The notes beneath the pieces were generated by a model that saw only the letters and a list, made by a program, of their open reading frames with translations, was not told the DNA's origin and ran no database searches. From Macrostomum lignano (taxonomy: Eukaryota), in NCBI GenBank assembly GCA_002269645.1, contig NIVC01001999.1, forward strand, positions 1 to 64,000: DNA of 64,000 nucleotides, written 5' to 3'. Shown one piece after another: positions 49,265 through 62,498 of this stretch. Numbering within the stretch: position 1 is the stretch's first letter; each line of letters starts with the position of its first letter. The position numbers were made by a program, and so were the translations under genes.

Positions 49265-52200
49265 ATGGGCTGCAGCACCTCCCTCGCCAAGATGATTCTC
49301 TTCATCTTCAACGTCGCCTTCTTCATATTCGGCATCGCCAGCTTGGGCCTGGGCATCTGGGTGGCCGTCAACAAGAACGACCTGTTCAGGTTCATCAACC
49401 TGGTGGACTCACAGGTCACCGAGGGAGCCAATCAAGGTGACATAAGCTCGGTAGCCAATCAGAGCGGGGCGGTGACGGCGGCTGGCTACGTTCTGATTGG
49501 CCTGGGACTGTTCACCCTGCTGGTGGGCTTCTGCGGCTGCTGCGGCGCGATGAAGGAGTCCAAGTGCCTGCTGATGATTGTGAGCTGGGTGGCCCTGCCG
49601 GCACTCTTGGAGCCGCTCAATTCTTTGCTTTTCTGTGCCTGATATGGGCGTTATGCTGCATGACCAATGCGACTGGTAGTTCAGTCTGAATGGGGAGATG
49701 CCTATGGGAGAATGAGTGAGAGAGGCAGGAAGAGAGGGAGAGGGCGAGTGGGGGGAGGGACGGCTGGGGAAGAGGGAGGGCGGTTGAGAGGCAGGGAGAG
49801 AGGGAGGGGAAGAAGAAGGGAGAGAGGAAGGGTAGGTGAGAGGAAGGGTAGGTGAGAGGAAGGGTAGGTGAGAGGAAGGGTAGGTGAGAGGAAGGCTAGG
49901 TGAGAGGAAGGGTAGGTGAGAGGAAGGGTAGGTGAGAGGAAGGGTAGGTGAGAGGAAGGTTAGGTGAGAGGAAGGGTAGGTGAGAGGAAGGGTAGGTGAG
50001 AGGAAGGCTAGGTGAGAGGAAGGGTAGGTGAGAGGAAGGGTAGGTGAGAGGAAGGCTAGGTGAGAGGAAGGGTAGGTGAGAGGAAGGTTAGGTGAGAGGA
50101 AGGGTAGGTGAGAGGAAGGGTAGGTGAGAGGAAGGGTAGGTGAGAGGAAGGGTAGGTGAGAGGAAGGGTAGGGAGAAGGGGTATCGGAAGAATGAGTGAG
50201 AGTGAGAAACAAATTACATTACATTAGAAGAAAACAAGTAGAGAAACTGAGGGGGTAATTAGAGGGGTGAAAGCACCATAGAAGTGTATATAAATTTCTT
50301 ACAAGGGTACGAAAAGGTAGCAGTTGAGCAAATATGAGGTAAAAATGGAGAGCGATGCTCAGATCGGTGGAATTCTAAGAAACAGCAAAGCGCAGTGCCA
50401 AAAAGCTTCAGGGAGATTCGCAACTACATGTAAATTATGAGCGTATAAAGCAAATGTCAAATTGCTTAAGCCGGCAAACTTACCAAACCCGTTCGGATTG
50501 CAACTAGTGCCTGTTCACAGGCTCGGCACTTATATCTGCTTCTCTTATCTTGCCAGTGTTAAACAGCCGCGCTGTACCTCCAACCGCCGCCCGCCCCCAC
50601 CACCCCAAATTGCGCAGTACGCCGGTCTGGTCGGCCTGGTGCTGGTCCTGGAGATCACGGCCGCAATCATGGCCGCGGTGTTCCAGAGCCATGTGCACAA
50701 CAGCGCGGAGAAGGGCATGCTCCGTGTGCAGAACCGCTTCTTTGTTGCCATGCCGGACTACCTGCGGATGCAGGGGACCAACGGTGCCAACGCTCTGGCG
50801 ACCTTCCTCATCAACTATGTGCAGCTGATGGTGAGTCAGGGGTGGGGATGGCTGCAGCTGATGGTGAGTCAGGGGTGGGGATGGCTGCAACTGATGGTGA
50901 GTCAGGGGTGAGGATGGCTGCAGCTGATGGTGAGTCAGGGGTGGGGATGGCTGCAGCTGATGGTGAGTCAGGGGTGAGGATGGCTGCAGCTGATGGTGAG
51001 TCAGGGGTGAGGATGGCTGCAGCTGATGGTGAGTCAGGGGTGAGGATGGCTGCAGCTGATGGTGAATCAGGGGTGGGGATGGCTGCAGCTGATGGTGAGT
51101 CAGGGGTGGGGATGGCTGCAGCTGATGGTGAGTCAGGGGTGGGGATGGCTGCAGCTGATGGTGAGTCAGGGGTGGGGATGGCTGCAGCTGATGGTGAGTC
51201 AGGGGTGAGGATGGCTGCAGCTGATGGTGAGTCAGGGGTGGGGATTGCTGCAGCTGATGGTGAGTCAGGGGTGAGGATGGCTGCAGCTGATGGTGAGTCA
51301 GGGGTGAGGATGGCTGCAGCTGATGGTGAATCAGGGGTGGGGATGGCTGCAGCTGATGGTGAGTCAGGGGTGGGGATGGCTGCAGCTGCTGCCTGAACCA
51401 CTAATTATCAAGGGCGCTAGAGATGCCAGAGATAATCATCAGATGAGCCAGAGGTAATCATCAGATGAGCCAGAGGTAATCATCAGATGAGCCAGAGGTA
51501 ATCATCAGATGAGCCAGAGGTAATCATCAGATGAGCCAGAGATAATCACTAGAGGTGGCAGAGATAATCATCAGAGGTGGCAGAGATTGGCAGAGATAAT
51601 CATCAGAGGTGGCAGAGATTGGCAGAGATAATCATCAGAGGTGGCAGAGATTGGCAGAGATAATCATCAGAGGTGGCAGAGATTGGCAGAGATAATCATC
51701 AGAGGTGGCAGAGATAATCACCAGAGGTGGCAGAGGTAATCATCAGATGAGCCAGAGGTAATCACCAGATGGGCCAGAGATAATCATCAGATGAGCCAGA
51801 GATAATCATCAGATGAGCCATAGATAATCATCAGATGAGCCAGAGGTAATCATCAGAGGTGGCAGAGATAATCACCAGAGGTGGCAGAGATTGGCAGAGA
51901 TAATCATCAGAGGTGGCAGAGATAATCACCAGAGGTGGCAGAGATTGGCAGAGATAATCATCAGAGGTGGCAGAGATAATCATCAGAGGTGGCAGAGAAA
52001 TTCATCAGAGGTGGCAGAGATAATCATCAGAGGTGTCAGAGAAATTCACCAGAGGTGGCAGAGATAATCATCAGAGGTGGCAGAGATAATCACCAGAGGT
52101 GGCAGAGATAATCACCAGAGGTGGCAGAGATAATCACCAGAGGTGGCAGAGATAATCACCAGAGGTGGCAGAGATAATCAATAAAGGTGGCAGAGATTGG

Positions 52201-55200
52201 CAGAGATAATCACCAGAGGTGGCAGAGATAATCACCAGAGGTGGCAGAGATTGGCAGAGATAATCATCAGAGGTGGCAGAGATAATCACCAGAGGTGGCA
52301 GAGATTGGCAGAGATAATCATCAGAGGTGGCAGAGATAATCACCAGAGGTGGCAGAGATTGGAAGAGATAATCATCAGAGGTGGCAGAGATAATCATCAG
52401 AGGTGGCAGAGAAATTCATCAGAGGTGGCAGAGATAATCATCAGAGGTGGCAGAGAAATTCATCAGAGGTGGCAGAGATAATCATCAGAGGGGGCAGAGA
52501 AATTCATTAGAGGTGGCAGAGATAATCACCAGAGGTGGCAGAGATAATCACCAGAGGTGGCAGAGATAATCACTAGAGGTGGCAGAGATAATCACCAGAG
52601 GTGGCAGAGATAATCAATAAAGGTGGCAGAGATTGGCAGAGATAATCACCAGAGGTGGCAGAGATAATCACCAGAGGTGGCAGAGATAATCACCAGAGGT
52701 GGCAGAGATAATCACCAGAGGTGTCAGAGATAATCACCAGAGGTGGCAGAGATAATCATCAAAGGTGGCAGAGATAATCATCAGAGGTGGCGGCAGGGAT
52801 AATCATCAGAAATGGAAAAGGCCCCGATACATATAGCTCGTATATCAAAGCTGAAATGTCTCAACTTCAACTCGTTTCCCGAATCCCCCCTGCAGTTCGA
52901 ATGCTGCGGCGCCCGCACCATCGGGGACATCGCCAACAGCAGCAGCTGGACCGCCTCCAATCGCACCTTCGCCGGCAAGGAGCTGAAGGTGCCGCTCACC
53001 TGCTGCCGCCTGCGCGAAAACCGGAAAAACGCCGTGATGGACCCGCGTTACAACTGGACGAATTTCGCTGACGACCTGCAGGACTCCGGCTGCCCTTACA
53101 AGCCCGTCGGCGGAAACGGCGGCCTCAACAATGCGGTAAGGGCGCCTGCCGCATGCCTCCGACACAGGATGTACTTTTAAGAGAAGGGCGCCTGCCGCAT
53201 GCCTCCGACACAGGATGTACTTTTAAGAGAAGGGCGCCTGCCGCATGCCTCCGACACAGGATGTACTTTTAAGAGAAGGGCGCCTGCCGCATGCCTCCGA
53301 CACAGGATGTACTTTTAAGAGAAGGGCGCCGTTACAGGGATAGAGGCGCGCCCTTCTATGGGGGACCATTCTAAAGACTTCCATTCTAGAAGGCGCCATT
53401 CGAAAGGGCGCCACTCTAAAGGGCGCCATTCTAAAGGGCGCCATTCTAAAGGGCGCCATTCTAAAGGCCGCTACTCTAAAGGGCGCAATTCTAAACGGTG
53501 CGATTCTAAAGAATGCTATTCTAAAAGGTGCCATTCTAAAGGGCGCCATTCTAAAGGAAGCCATTCTTAAAGGCGCCATTCCTAAAGGCACCATTCTTAA
53601 AGGCGCCATTCTAAAGGGCCCGATTCTAGAGGGCGCCATTCTAAATGGTGTTATTCTAAAAGCGACCACTCAAAAATTGACAAAAATTCCGGAGTACACA
53701 AAAGAAGCCTCTCTGAAAGATTTCCTGAGAATGTCTGCGAATGTCTGAGAATAAAAGTGGCGCCATTCTCAGAGTTCAAACGCCTTCCTGAGAACTGCTG
53801 CCTTTCAGGCTGACCAACTGCATGGTGGGATTCCTCGGGGGGAATTTTAAAAATTTGGGAAACGAATTCTTACTCAAAAACTTAAAACTTTCCAATTCCG
53901 AGCAGACTTGCTACAACAGCCTGCTGGAGTACGTGAGCCAGTACTCAAAGCCCATCATTATAATCTGCGTCGGAATCGGCCTGTTCGAGGTGAGTGCCAG
54001 ATAAGATTGCGGAGTGACAGATAAGATTGCGGAGTGACAGATAAGATTGCGGAGTGAAAGATAAGATTACGGGGTGACAGATAAGATTGCGGAGTGACAG
54101 ATATGATTATGGAGTAACAGATAAGATTGCGGAGTGACAGATAAGATTGCGGAGTGACAGATATGATTATGGAGTGACAGATAAGATTGCGGAGTGACAG
54201 ATAAGATTGCGGAGTGACAGATAAGATTGCGGAGTGAAAGATAAGATTACGGGGTGACAGATAAGATTGCGGAGTGACAGATATGATTATGGAGTGACAG
54301 ATAAGATTGCGGAGTGACAGATAAGATTGCGGAGTGACAGATAAGATTACGGGGTGACAGATAAGATTGCGGAGTGACAGATATGATTACGGGGTGACAG
54401 ATAAGATTGCGGAGTGACAGATATGATTACGGGGTGACAGATAAGATTGCGGAGTGACAGATATGATTACGGGGTGACAGATAAGATTGCGGAGTGACAA
54501 ATATGATTACGGGGGTGACAGATAAGATTGCAGAGTGCTAGATATGATTGCGGTGCCAGATAAGAGACAGAGGTTATTAAGGAGTGACAGATAAGATTGC
54601 GGGGTGACAGATAAGATTGCGGAGTGACAGATAAGATTGCGGAGTGCCAGATATGATTGCGGAGTGCCAGATATGATTGCGGAGTGCCAGATATGATTGC
54701 GGAGTGCCAGATATGATTGCGGTGCCAGATAAGTGACAGAGAATATTGAGGAGTGACAGAGGATATTGAGGAGTGACAGAGGATATTGAGGAGTGACAGA
54801 GGATATTGAGGAGTGACAGAGGATATTGAGGAGTGACAGAGGATATTGAGGAGTGACAGAGGATATTGAGGAGTGACAGAGGATATTGAGGAGTGACAGA
54901 GGATATTGAGGAGTGACAGAGGATATTGAGGAGTGACAGGTGATATTGAGGAGTGACAGAGGATATTGAGGAGTGACAGAGGATATTGAGGAGTGACAGA
55001 GGATATTGAGGAGTGACAGAGGATATTGAGGAGTGACAGAGGATATTGAGGAGTGACAGAGGATATTGAGGAGTGACAGAGGATATTGAGGAGTGACAGA
55101 GGATATTGAGGAGTGACAGGTGATATTGAGGAGTGACAGAGAATATTGATGAGTGACAGAGGATATTGAGGAGTGACAGAGGATATTGAGGAGTGCCAGG

Positions 55201-55354
55201 GGAGCCTGGAAAAAACAAAATAATGATTTTTGGCATTATTAGCATTCAGCTAATGGAGTCATTCATTAAAAATCTATTCCAGATTCTCGGCATTTTGTTC
55301 GCATGCTGCCTCATCAAGGCCATTGAGAACGACGTGTCCTATGCCAAGCAGTGA
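49265..55354 (+). CDS. Tetraspanin (paralogue 1, ~307 aa)
   Basis: Exons 49265-49579, 50618-50830, 52896-53135, 53906-53989 and 55283-55354, all phase 0. Four TM segments, GFCGCCGAMKESKCLL, CCG motif, VPLTCC. Confidence 0.92.
49830..50172 (+). repeat. 16-bp purine repeat (gagaggaagggtaggt)
   Basis: Direct reading. Confidence 0.95.
50821..51387 (+). repeat. 33-bp minisatellite whose unit contains the exon end and 5' splice site
   Basis: gcagctgatg|gtgagtcaggggtggggatggct, about 17 copies. Confidence 0.95.
51420..52800 (+). repeat. ~22-bp minisatellite (cagaggtggcagagataatcat)
   Basis: Direct reading. Confidence 0.95.
53139..53665 (+). repeat. 46-bp repeat x4 followed by 15-bp repeat (aaagggcgccattct)
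   Basis: Starts 3 nt after the donor at 53136. Confidence 0.9.
53995..55200 (+). repeat. Two related 20-bp minisatellites (gacagataagattgcggagt; gagtgacagaggatattgag)
   Basis: Start immediately after the donor at 53990. Confidence 0.95.
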
Positions 55355-56235
55355 GCGGTGAAGCTTCTATGAGCAAAATGTTATTGAAGAATAAAGCAAT
55401 CAACTATGCTACTTATTGATATTACTGACTAAGTCAATGATATTCAGACTTTTAGTTTATTCGATATATTTATTACCACGTAAAGTAAGGTACGGTAAAA
55501 GTACACGATGTATTATACTCTCTGGTCATGGAAAATTGCAACTCATCTAAAAATGAGGATTCCTGATACTTTGCTGAGCACAAGAACAAAATGTCAGGAA
55601 TCCTGCGCTTTGATTTGCGGTTTTGTTTTAATTTTCTCTCAATTTTCTTCTTACGGAATTGTTGGTCCGCGGTTTCGGTGACTGCTGGTTTAAATTGCTT
55701 TCCCGCTGTAAACTCATTGGATGCCAACTCACAGTATGAGAGAGCTCCCAGCGTCTCTGTGACTTTCTTATCCGACATTTAAGTATATCGCATTGATGAT
55801 GCTGCTATTTTCTGAGTTACAATAATAAACAGAGAAATATATTCTTCAATTGAGCAGCAATAAGAAAAGAAAAATGTAGCATTTTGTTCACTTGTTGCAT
55901 GCAAGGAAAGCCAAATGACAAAACAGCGAGGATTCTCAACAGGTGCTTTTGCCATTAATGCAAATATAGTAAATAAGGAATTATTCAAACTAATATTTCA
56001 TAGTTTCATAGTCTGCTGTACAAAGTATTACAACTTCAGTTTATTATTTAAAATAATTCTATCAGAGTTGACAGCTGGCAACCTGGCCAACCGCCTCGCA
56101 CACGGCTGCTTCGATAACTGATCGGTAATAAAAATTGCTAAATAAAAACCCATTTTGCGCTCCCTTCTCGCCAGCAAGCAACCACGAGCTTAGTCTGGCG
56201 CACCAGAGCACAGCGCAGTGGATTCTGAAACTGCA

Positions 56236-59200
56236 TCAGTCGGAGTCTGAGTCCGAGTCCGAATACGAGTCCGAGTCGAAGTGGTCGAAGCCGTTGCATA
56301 GTTGAGCGGCAATCATGCCGGCTGCAGAAGCCTTCAATTTTGCGCACATTGAGCTGCTTTATTAATTTAAGAATTTGCTCAAAGTTCACAACGTCGAAAG
56401 TACACTGGAGAGATAGGAGACTTCACAAACCCGAAGGTTCACTGGAGAGATAGGAGACTTCACAAACCCGAAAGCTCACTGGAGAGATAGGAGACTTCAC
56501 AAACCCGAAAGTTCATGGGAGAGATAGGAGACTTCACAGATCCGAAAGTTCACAACGTCGAAGTTCACTGGACAGATAGGAGACTTCACAAACCCGAAAG
56601 TTCACTGGAGAGATAGGAGACTTCACAAACCCGAAAGTTCGCTGGAGAGATAGGAGACTTCACAAACCCGAAAGCTCACTGGAGAGATAGGAGACTTCAC
56701 AAACCCGAAAGCTCACTGGAGAGATAGGAGACTTCACAAACCCGAAAGTTCACTGGAAAGATAGGAGACTTCACAAACCCGAAGGTTCACAACGTCGAAG
56801 TTCACGGGAGAGATAGGAGACTTCACAGATCCGAAAGTTCACAACGTCGAAGTTCACTGGACAGATAGGAGACTTCACAAACACGAAAGTTCACTGGAGA
56901 GATAGGAGACTTCACAAACCCGAAAGTTCATGGGAGAGATAGGAGACTTCACAAATTCGAAAGTTCACAACGTCGAAGTACACTGGACAGATAGGAGACT
57001 TCACAAACCCGAAAGTTCACTGGAGAGATAGGAGACTTCACAAACCCGAAAGTTCACAACGTCGAAGTTCACTGGACAGATAGGAGACTTCACAAACCCG
57101 AAAGTTCACTGGAGAGATAGGAGACTTCACAAACCCGAAAGTTCACTGGAGAGATAGGAGACTTCACAAACCCGAAAGTTCACAACGTGTAGTGTATTTC
57201 GATGTTGTGAAATTTCGGGTTTATGAAATTTCGATGTTGTGAAATTTCGGGTTTATGAAATTTCGGGGTTAGGAAATTTCGGGTTTATGAAATTTCGGGT
57301 TTATGAAAGTGTCCCCGCTAGAGTCAAGAGTTTAGAGTTGACCCCTGAGCTACTCCGGCGGCCCATGTTAAGCTAGGGGTGTTATAGCAAATCAAAGCAC
57401 TCACCAGTACCAAGATGAAGATGCCGCTCATGATGAGGCCCGGCAGAGTCAGCTTGTCAACCAGTCGCGACACTGGAGCTATGCAGGGCTGCAGACATAC
57501 ACGCGAGAGGAGTTGAGATTAATGCATTGCATGAATAGACAGTTGACTATTTCAAGTGACAGTGACTGTGTCTCTGTCTTTGACTCTGTGCAGCAGATAC
57601 CAGCTTCATCAAAGATGCTGAGATCATCAAAAAGCATTTGGCTAAATTTCTTTGCTTCGATCTGAGTTGTTGCGATCTGAGCAGGGGAGGGAAGAGAGCA
57701 GGAGAGGGAAGAGAGCAGGAGAGGGAAGAGAGCAGGGGAGGGAAGAGAGCAGGGGAGGGAAGAGAGCAGGGGAGGGAAGAGAGCAGGGGAGGGAAGAGAG
57801 CAGGGGAGGGAAGAGAGCAGGGGAGGGAAGAGAGCAGGGGAGGGAAGAGAGCAGGAGAGGGAAGAGAGCAGGGGAGAGAAGAGAGCAGGAGAGGGAAGAG
57901 AGCAGGAGAGGGAAGAGAGCAGGGGAGGGAAGAGAGCAGGGGAGAGAAGAGAGCAGGGGAGGGAAGAGAGCAGGGGAGGGAAGAGAGCAAGGGAGGGAAG
58001 AGAGCAGGGGAGAGAAGAGAGCAGGGGAGGGAAGAGAGCAGGGGAGGGAAGAGAGCAGGGGAGAGAAGAGAGCAGGAGAGGGAGGAGAGCAGGAGAGGGA
58101 AGAGAGCAGGGGAGGGAAGAGAGCAGGGGAGGGAAGAGAGCAGGGGAGGGAAGAGAGCAGGGGAGGGAAGAGAGCAGGGGAGGGAAGAGAGCAGGGGAGG
58201 GAAGAGAGCAGGGGAGGGAAGAGAGCAGGGGAGGGAAAAGAGCAGGGGAGGGAAGAAGACAGGCACAGATTCCCATGGGAGCCAACTTGCCTGAGTGTAC
58301 ATGCTGGTGCTGTTCTCTGTAAGCGGGCATTTTTCATCAACCAGCATTAGCGGTGCCAAATCAGCGAGTGCTTCACCTCGGTTGCTTATTTTGCAGCAGC
58401 TGGCGGGCAGAACCTCATTGAAGTCCGGGTCGCGTGTTCGCGATCTCTGGTAGCTGGCGCTCTTCACGATGTCGTGCGGCTTCGCAACGCCGCAGCATTT
58501 GAACTGGGAATTAAGTTGAGTTCGCAGTATGGGGCGATATGAGCAGTGGAAGGAGAACGGTGCTTATTTTGTAACTTTTTTACCTGATGCTGTTGCGATG
58601 ACTATACAGATTACACAACTTGGCTTGCTGTAGCAAACGCTTAGGGGTCAATGGCTCAAATCTCAAAGATCGTGAAATTTTAGGAGGCCAATTTCCTCAA
58701 AAAATACACTGCGGAGATGGGATAGTTTCATTTTTCATCGCCAAATCCTTGTGAATGCCGGTACTCTTAGTCCTAAGCCAGGCTTTGGCTTAAAAATTGA
58801 TGGCTTTTAACTCTAAAGACTGGGTCAACAACAATACAAGAAATAATATTGCTAACAATTTTATCACAAATATGCTTGCTTCAAGAAAGAAGAAAAAAAA
58901 TTTACAACTTCGGCTTGGAATAAAAAGAGGAGGACAAGATGAAAATGAAACTTTCACAGAAAAACTAGATGAAACACAGCAGATTAACATGTTGTGCGTG
59001 CTAAACTGTAAAGGAATGTAATCTTCACTGCCCCTGGTCAACTGCAATAATTGATTTTGTGATAGAAAATTTGTTTTCCTATCTCCGCAGTGTATTTTTT
59101 CCAGGAAATTGGCCTCCTAAAAACTACCGGGTCTTGGAGTTTTACGTCCGGTTATTAGTACTATAGTGGTCCTTGGCCTATGCCAGCTTGTCAGCGAGAA

Positions 59201-60369
59201 AAAGCAAGTCTTTTCACCCTGTGAATGTGTGCCATATTCGTTCAATTTTGTCTCAATCCTCTCTGCTGGCTGTGTTGGCACCGAACGCGTTGAGTCAACT
59301 ACGTAGTCAATATAACAAAGCATTTTCTCACCGAAATATGCATGTGCTCGAAGAAGCGCGTGTGAGAAATGCGCAAGTCTCCAGTTTGATTAAAATATTG
59401 CGTACGAGCCACGAAATATTTGGCCTGGGCCTTCAGCAGCATAATGCGCATCTGCTTCTCTATAGTCGGCTTCTTCAGCAACAGAACGGCTGTGAAGATC
59501 ATCTGGCCCGCCAGCAGGCACAGGAGGACCAGCTTGTACTGCGGTGGGGGTGGATTACTTACTGTATTACTGCATGTAAACTAGATTATGTCTTTGCTTT
59601 GAGCTCTGCTCTCCCATATGTGAACATATGTACATTAGCTCATGATTCAAGGGATGGGGCCGTAGCCAGTGGTCTGGCGGGGTGCTCTGATGTGCCAGCG
59701 GCCCAGGCTCGATTCCAAGTGCAGTCGCATTAATTTTGGGGTTGAATTGGAATCTCGACAGGGCTCTGCTCGTGCAATAAACGCCCTTGATGGGCCAACC
59801 CCCAAGGCACAGTGAAGTGTACATGCCTAACGATTAATAGTTAGGGCCCCTGTGTGAGTGTTGCCTGCTCAGGGGAGTCGGCGGAATGGGCAGTATGCCT
59901 CTCGCATGTTGTGTGACAATGTCACCTAAAGTGCGCCAGAGTGCACACAACCCGGCTTCTGGCTCTAAAAAGGCTCATTATTCCCTGGCTCTCTCAGTCT
60001 CCTCCATCTATAGTTTCATCACCCACATGATCATGTACTATCCATAAGACAGACAGCCCAGCTCCTCTCACTTACAGAGATTCCAAGAGCCCTGCTCCGC
60101 TTGAGGACCGCCAAGATGCCAGTAGAAGCGACAAGCATAGCAATGCCGCCCCCGCCAATGGTGACGAAGGCGATCGTTCTTACGAGACCTTTGGCCTCGA
60201 TAATGTCAAACAGTTTCTCAATTGAGATGCCTGATTTTAGCGACTTGTCAAACGAGGCCAATGTTTGCATCAGCGAGTCCGTGGCCAGAAGGATCCAGAC
60301 TCCGAGGCAGATGATGAAGCCTCCCGCGACGAAAGCCAGCGAGTTGATGAAGACCAGACAGTTGAGCAT
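56236..60369 (-). CDS. Tetraspanin (paralogue 2, divergent)
   Basis: Exons 60369-60076, 59538-59332, 58503-58291 (FKCCG, LPASCC; GC donor), 57488-57405 and a tentative last exon 56331-56236. All phase 0. The start codon and last exon are less certain. Confidence 0.75.
56385..57317. repeat. 37-bp array plus an inverted 16-bp array (foldback-like)
   Basis: ttcacaaacccgaaag units on the left are mirrored by aaatttcgggtttatgaa on the right. Confidence 0.8.
57680..58256 (+). repeat. 17-bp purine repeat (gggagggaagagagcag)
   Basis: Direct reading. Confidence 0.95.
59656..59960 (+). mobile_element. tRNA-derived SINE copy C (most complete)
   Basis: Head ggggccgtagccagtggt (A-box-like) and ggctcgattcc (B-box-like), followed by a body and tail shared with copies A and B. 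Confidence 0.75.
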
Positions 60370-61945
60370 GTCATATGTGACTAGGATTGCTTTCTCGTGT
60401 CCTGCCCGGACATTTCTCAATGAGCAATTGCCACACCAGATGAAATTAACATTGTCAAAACAAAATTATTTTGTGTCGAACACTGCAGAACTTGGTGGAT
60501 TATGGCTAAGAAATGATACCGGTATGCATGTAATTGTAAAGTTTGAACTTCTAAATATGCATGTGTTCGAGCTTCCGCTTCGATATTAATATACAAGATG
60601 AAACTGCAAGCAACAATTAGCTGCATGGGATCATGACATAGAGTACGTGTTTTTAATTGGGAACATCAGTTGCGGATTGATGCAGAAGAAGCAGTTAAAA
60701 TTAGGGTTTCCATAGTCGGTTTTGAGTGCTTAAAGTGCTACAAGCATCTTGTAATGTTACATGATTATAATGTTGTAATGAAGTCAAGTCGATGATTTTG
60801 GAGTTACCCACTTGAGGCAAAAACCTCCACGCTCTGTATATTTTATAGGCCAAGAGGCACGGTGACCCGCGCATGTACATCGCCGAACGTACTACTAACT
60901 AGGCTTACTAAACAAGCTCCACCCCTACCACACGGCCTCACGCCAAAAGTCATGACAATGTTTTGAAAGCATTATTATCATATATTGTCATATAAGCCAA
61001 TACACGATTAGTAGTAGCCGTTTAAACACGATTTATTTTAACATTTAATGCACGTTGAATCGTGTTACAGTGTTCAGTATTGGTCAATGATCGCTTCGCT
61101 TCCCAAAAAAGCGACACTGCACACCCAAGGAGACGTACGGCGAGATTTACAAGTCGCTTAATTAGCATCAGTGACTAGGGGGAGGAGCACCTGGGGGCAG
61201 CCATATGGAAGGTTTTATTTTTCCATAGGGTTCTTCCACTCAAATTTTATGCAAGTTTATATCCTATGTAAAACTTAAGACACCTCAATTGATTGCTTTC
61301 TTGATATTCCTGTTTTGTTTTACTAACGAAAAACCATATTAATTTGTTAACTTCCGTTGGCGAAATTTTTCAAACGAGATTTTATATGACACAGATTTCC
61401 TTGTTTCCAGTTTCCAACAGCCCTATCTGCCGCTGCTGTTTCGTGACTAATTTGTGGTTGTGGCCTTTTGAGTGCTACAACGGATAAAAAACTCAAATTT
61501 CTATAGTAATTGTCTCTTAATAATGGGTGAGTTTTCCAAATTTTATCATAAGTTACTTGGACTTCGTTATTTTTTGCATGGCTCAGGTCTAGGAGCTGCA
61601 CTGCACTCTGTAGTGTAGAACTGTAGAACAGGTGGGGAAGTTCGAAGACTGGAAGGGTGACGCAGTATGCAGCTGCTTTGTTTAAAGCAAATTAAATGCC
61701 TATTAGTAATTAAGTATCTGTAATATTGTTCTAATAATATATAAAATCTGTTTATAAATATTAGTAGATAGGGGCCTAGGTAAGACTAGGTAAGACCTAT
61801 AATTATAAAAATTTCCATGCTATAACTCTATACTATACTATACCATTGATAGTATTAGTAGTAAACATTGTATATGGCAAAGTTCTTAATAAAATTCCTA
61901 TTATAAACTGTATAGTATGACTATAGTATTGAGTAAGACTTTGTT

Positions 61946-62498
61946 GGCAATCCTACACTTCCGTTCGGTAAATTATTTTGACATTGAATTTTGAACAGGC
62001 GTGGTAAATAACAATGTAACCAAACAAAACTAAAACAGTGGAACATGGTAGCAGTCTGTTAGAGCGCATAGTCACTTAGAGTGTGTCTGTAGGTCATTAA
62101 GGTGTCTACAATGGATAGTAATGTCCAATCTAGTACAGGATAGCCCCAAATGGACATTGGGGATACAGACGACGCCAGAGAAATTCCTCAATGTGTGCAT
62201 CGAAGAGAGCGTCGCTCGTGCCATGCATGTTGCGGATCTTGCACTTCGCGTGGGCCCATGTGCCCTCCACGGTGTTGGTGTGGACATGTCTCCATGGCAA
62301 TGAAGACTGGAAGATATGAGAAATTGAAGCTCAATAAAACAAGCAGCTCACAAGCAACAGCTCCCTTAAACTGACACCCCTTTAAACTCTGTTCGCTCAA
62401 ACTTTTGGCCATAGACACATTGCCAATCGACATCATTTGACTCGGTGGTACAAATTCAAATGTGAAAATAATTTACCGAACGGAAGTGTAGGATTGCC
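61946..62498. mobile_element. Non-autonomous TIR element with 8-bp TSD, Merlin-like ends
   Basis: ~50-bp TIRs starting ggcaatcctacacttccgttcggtaaattatttt. TSD actttgtt at 61938-61945 and 62499-62506. Confidence 0.8.
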
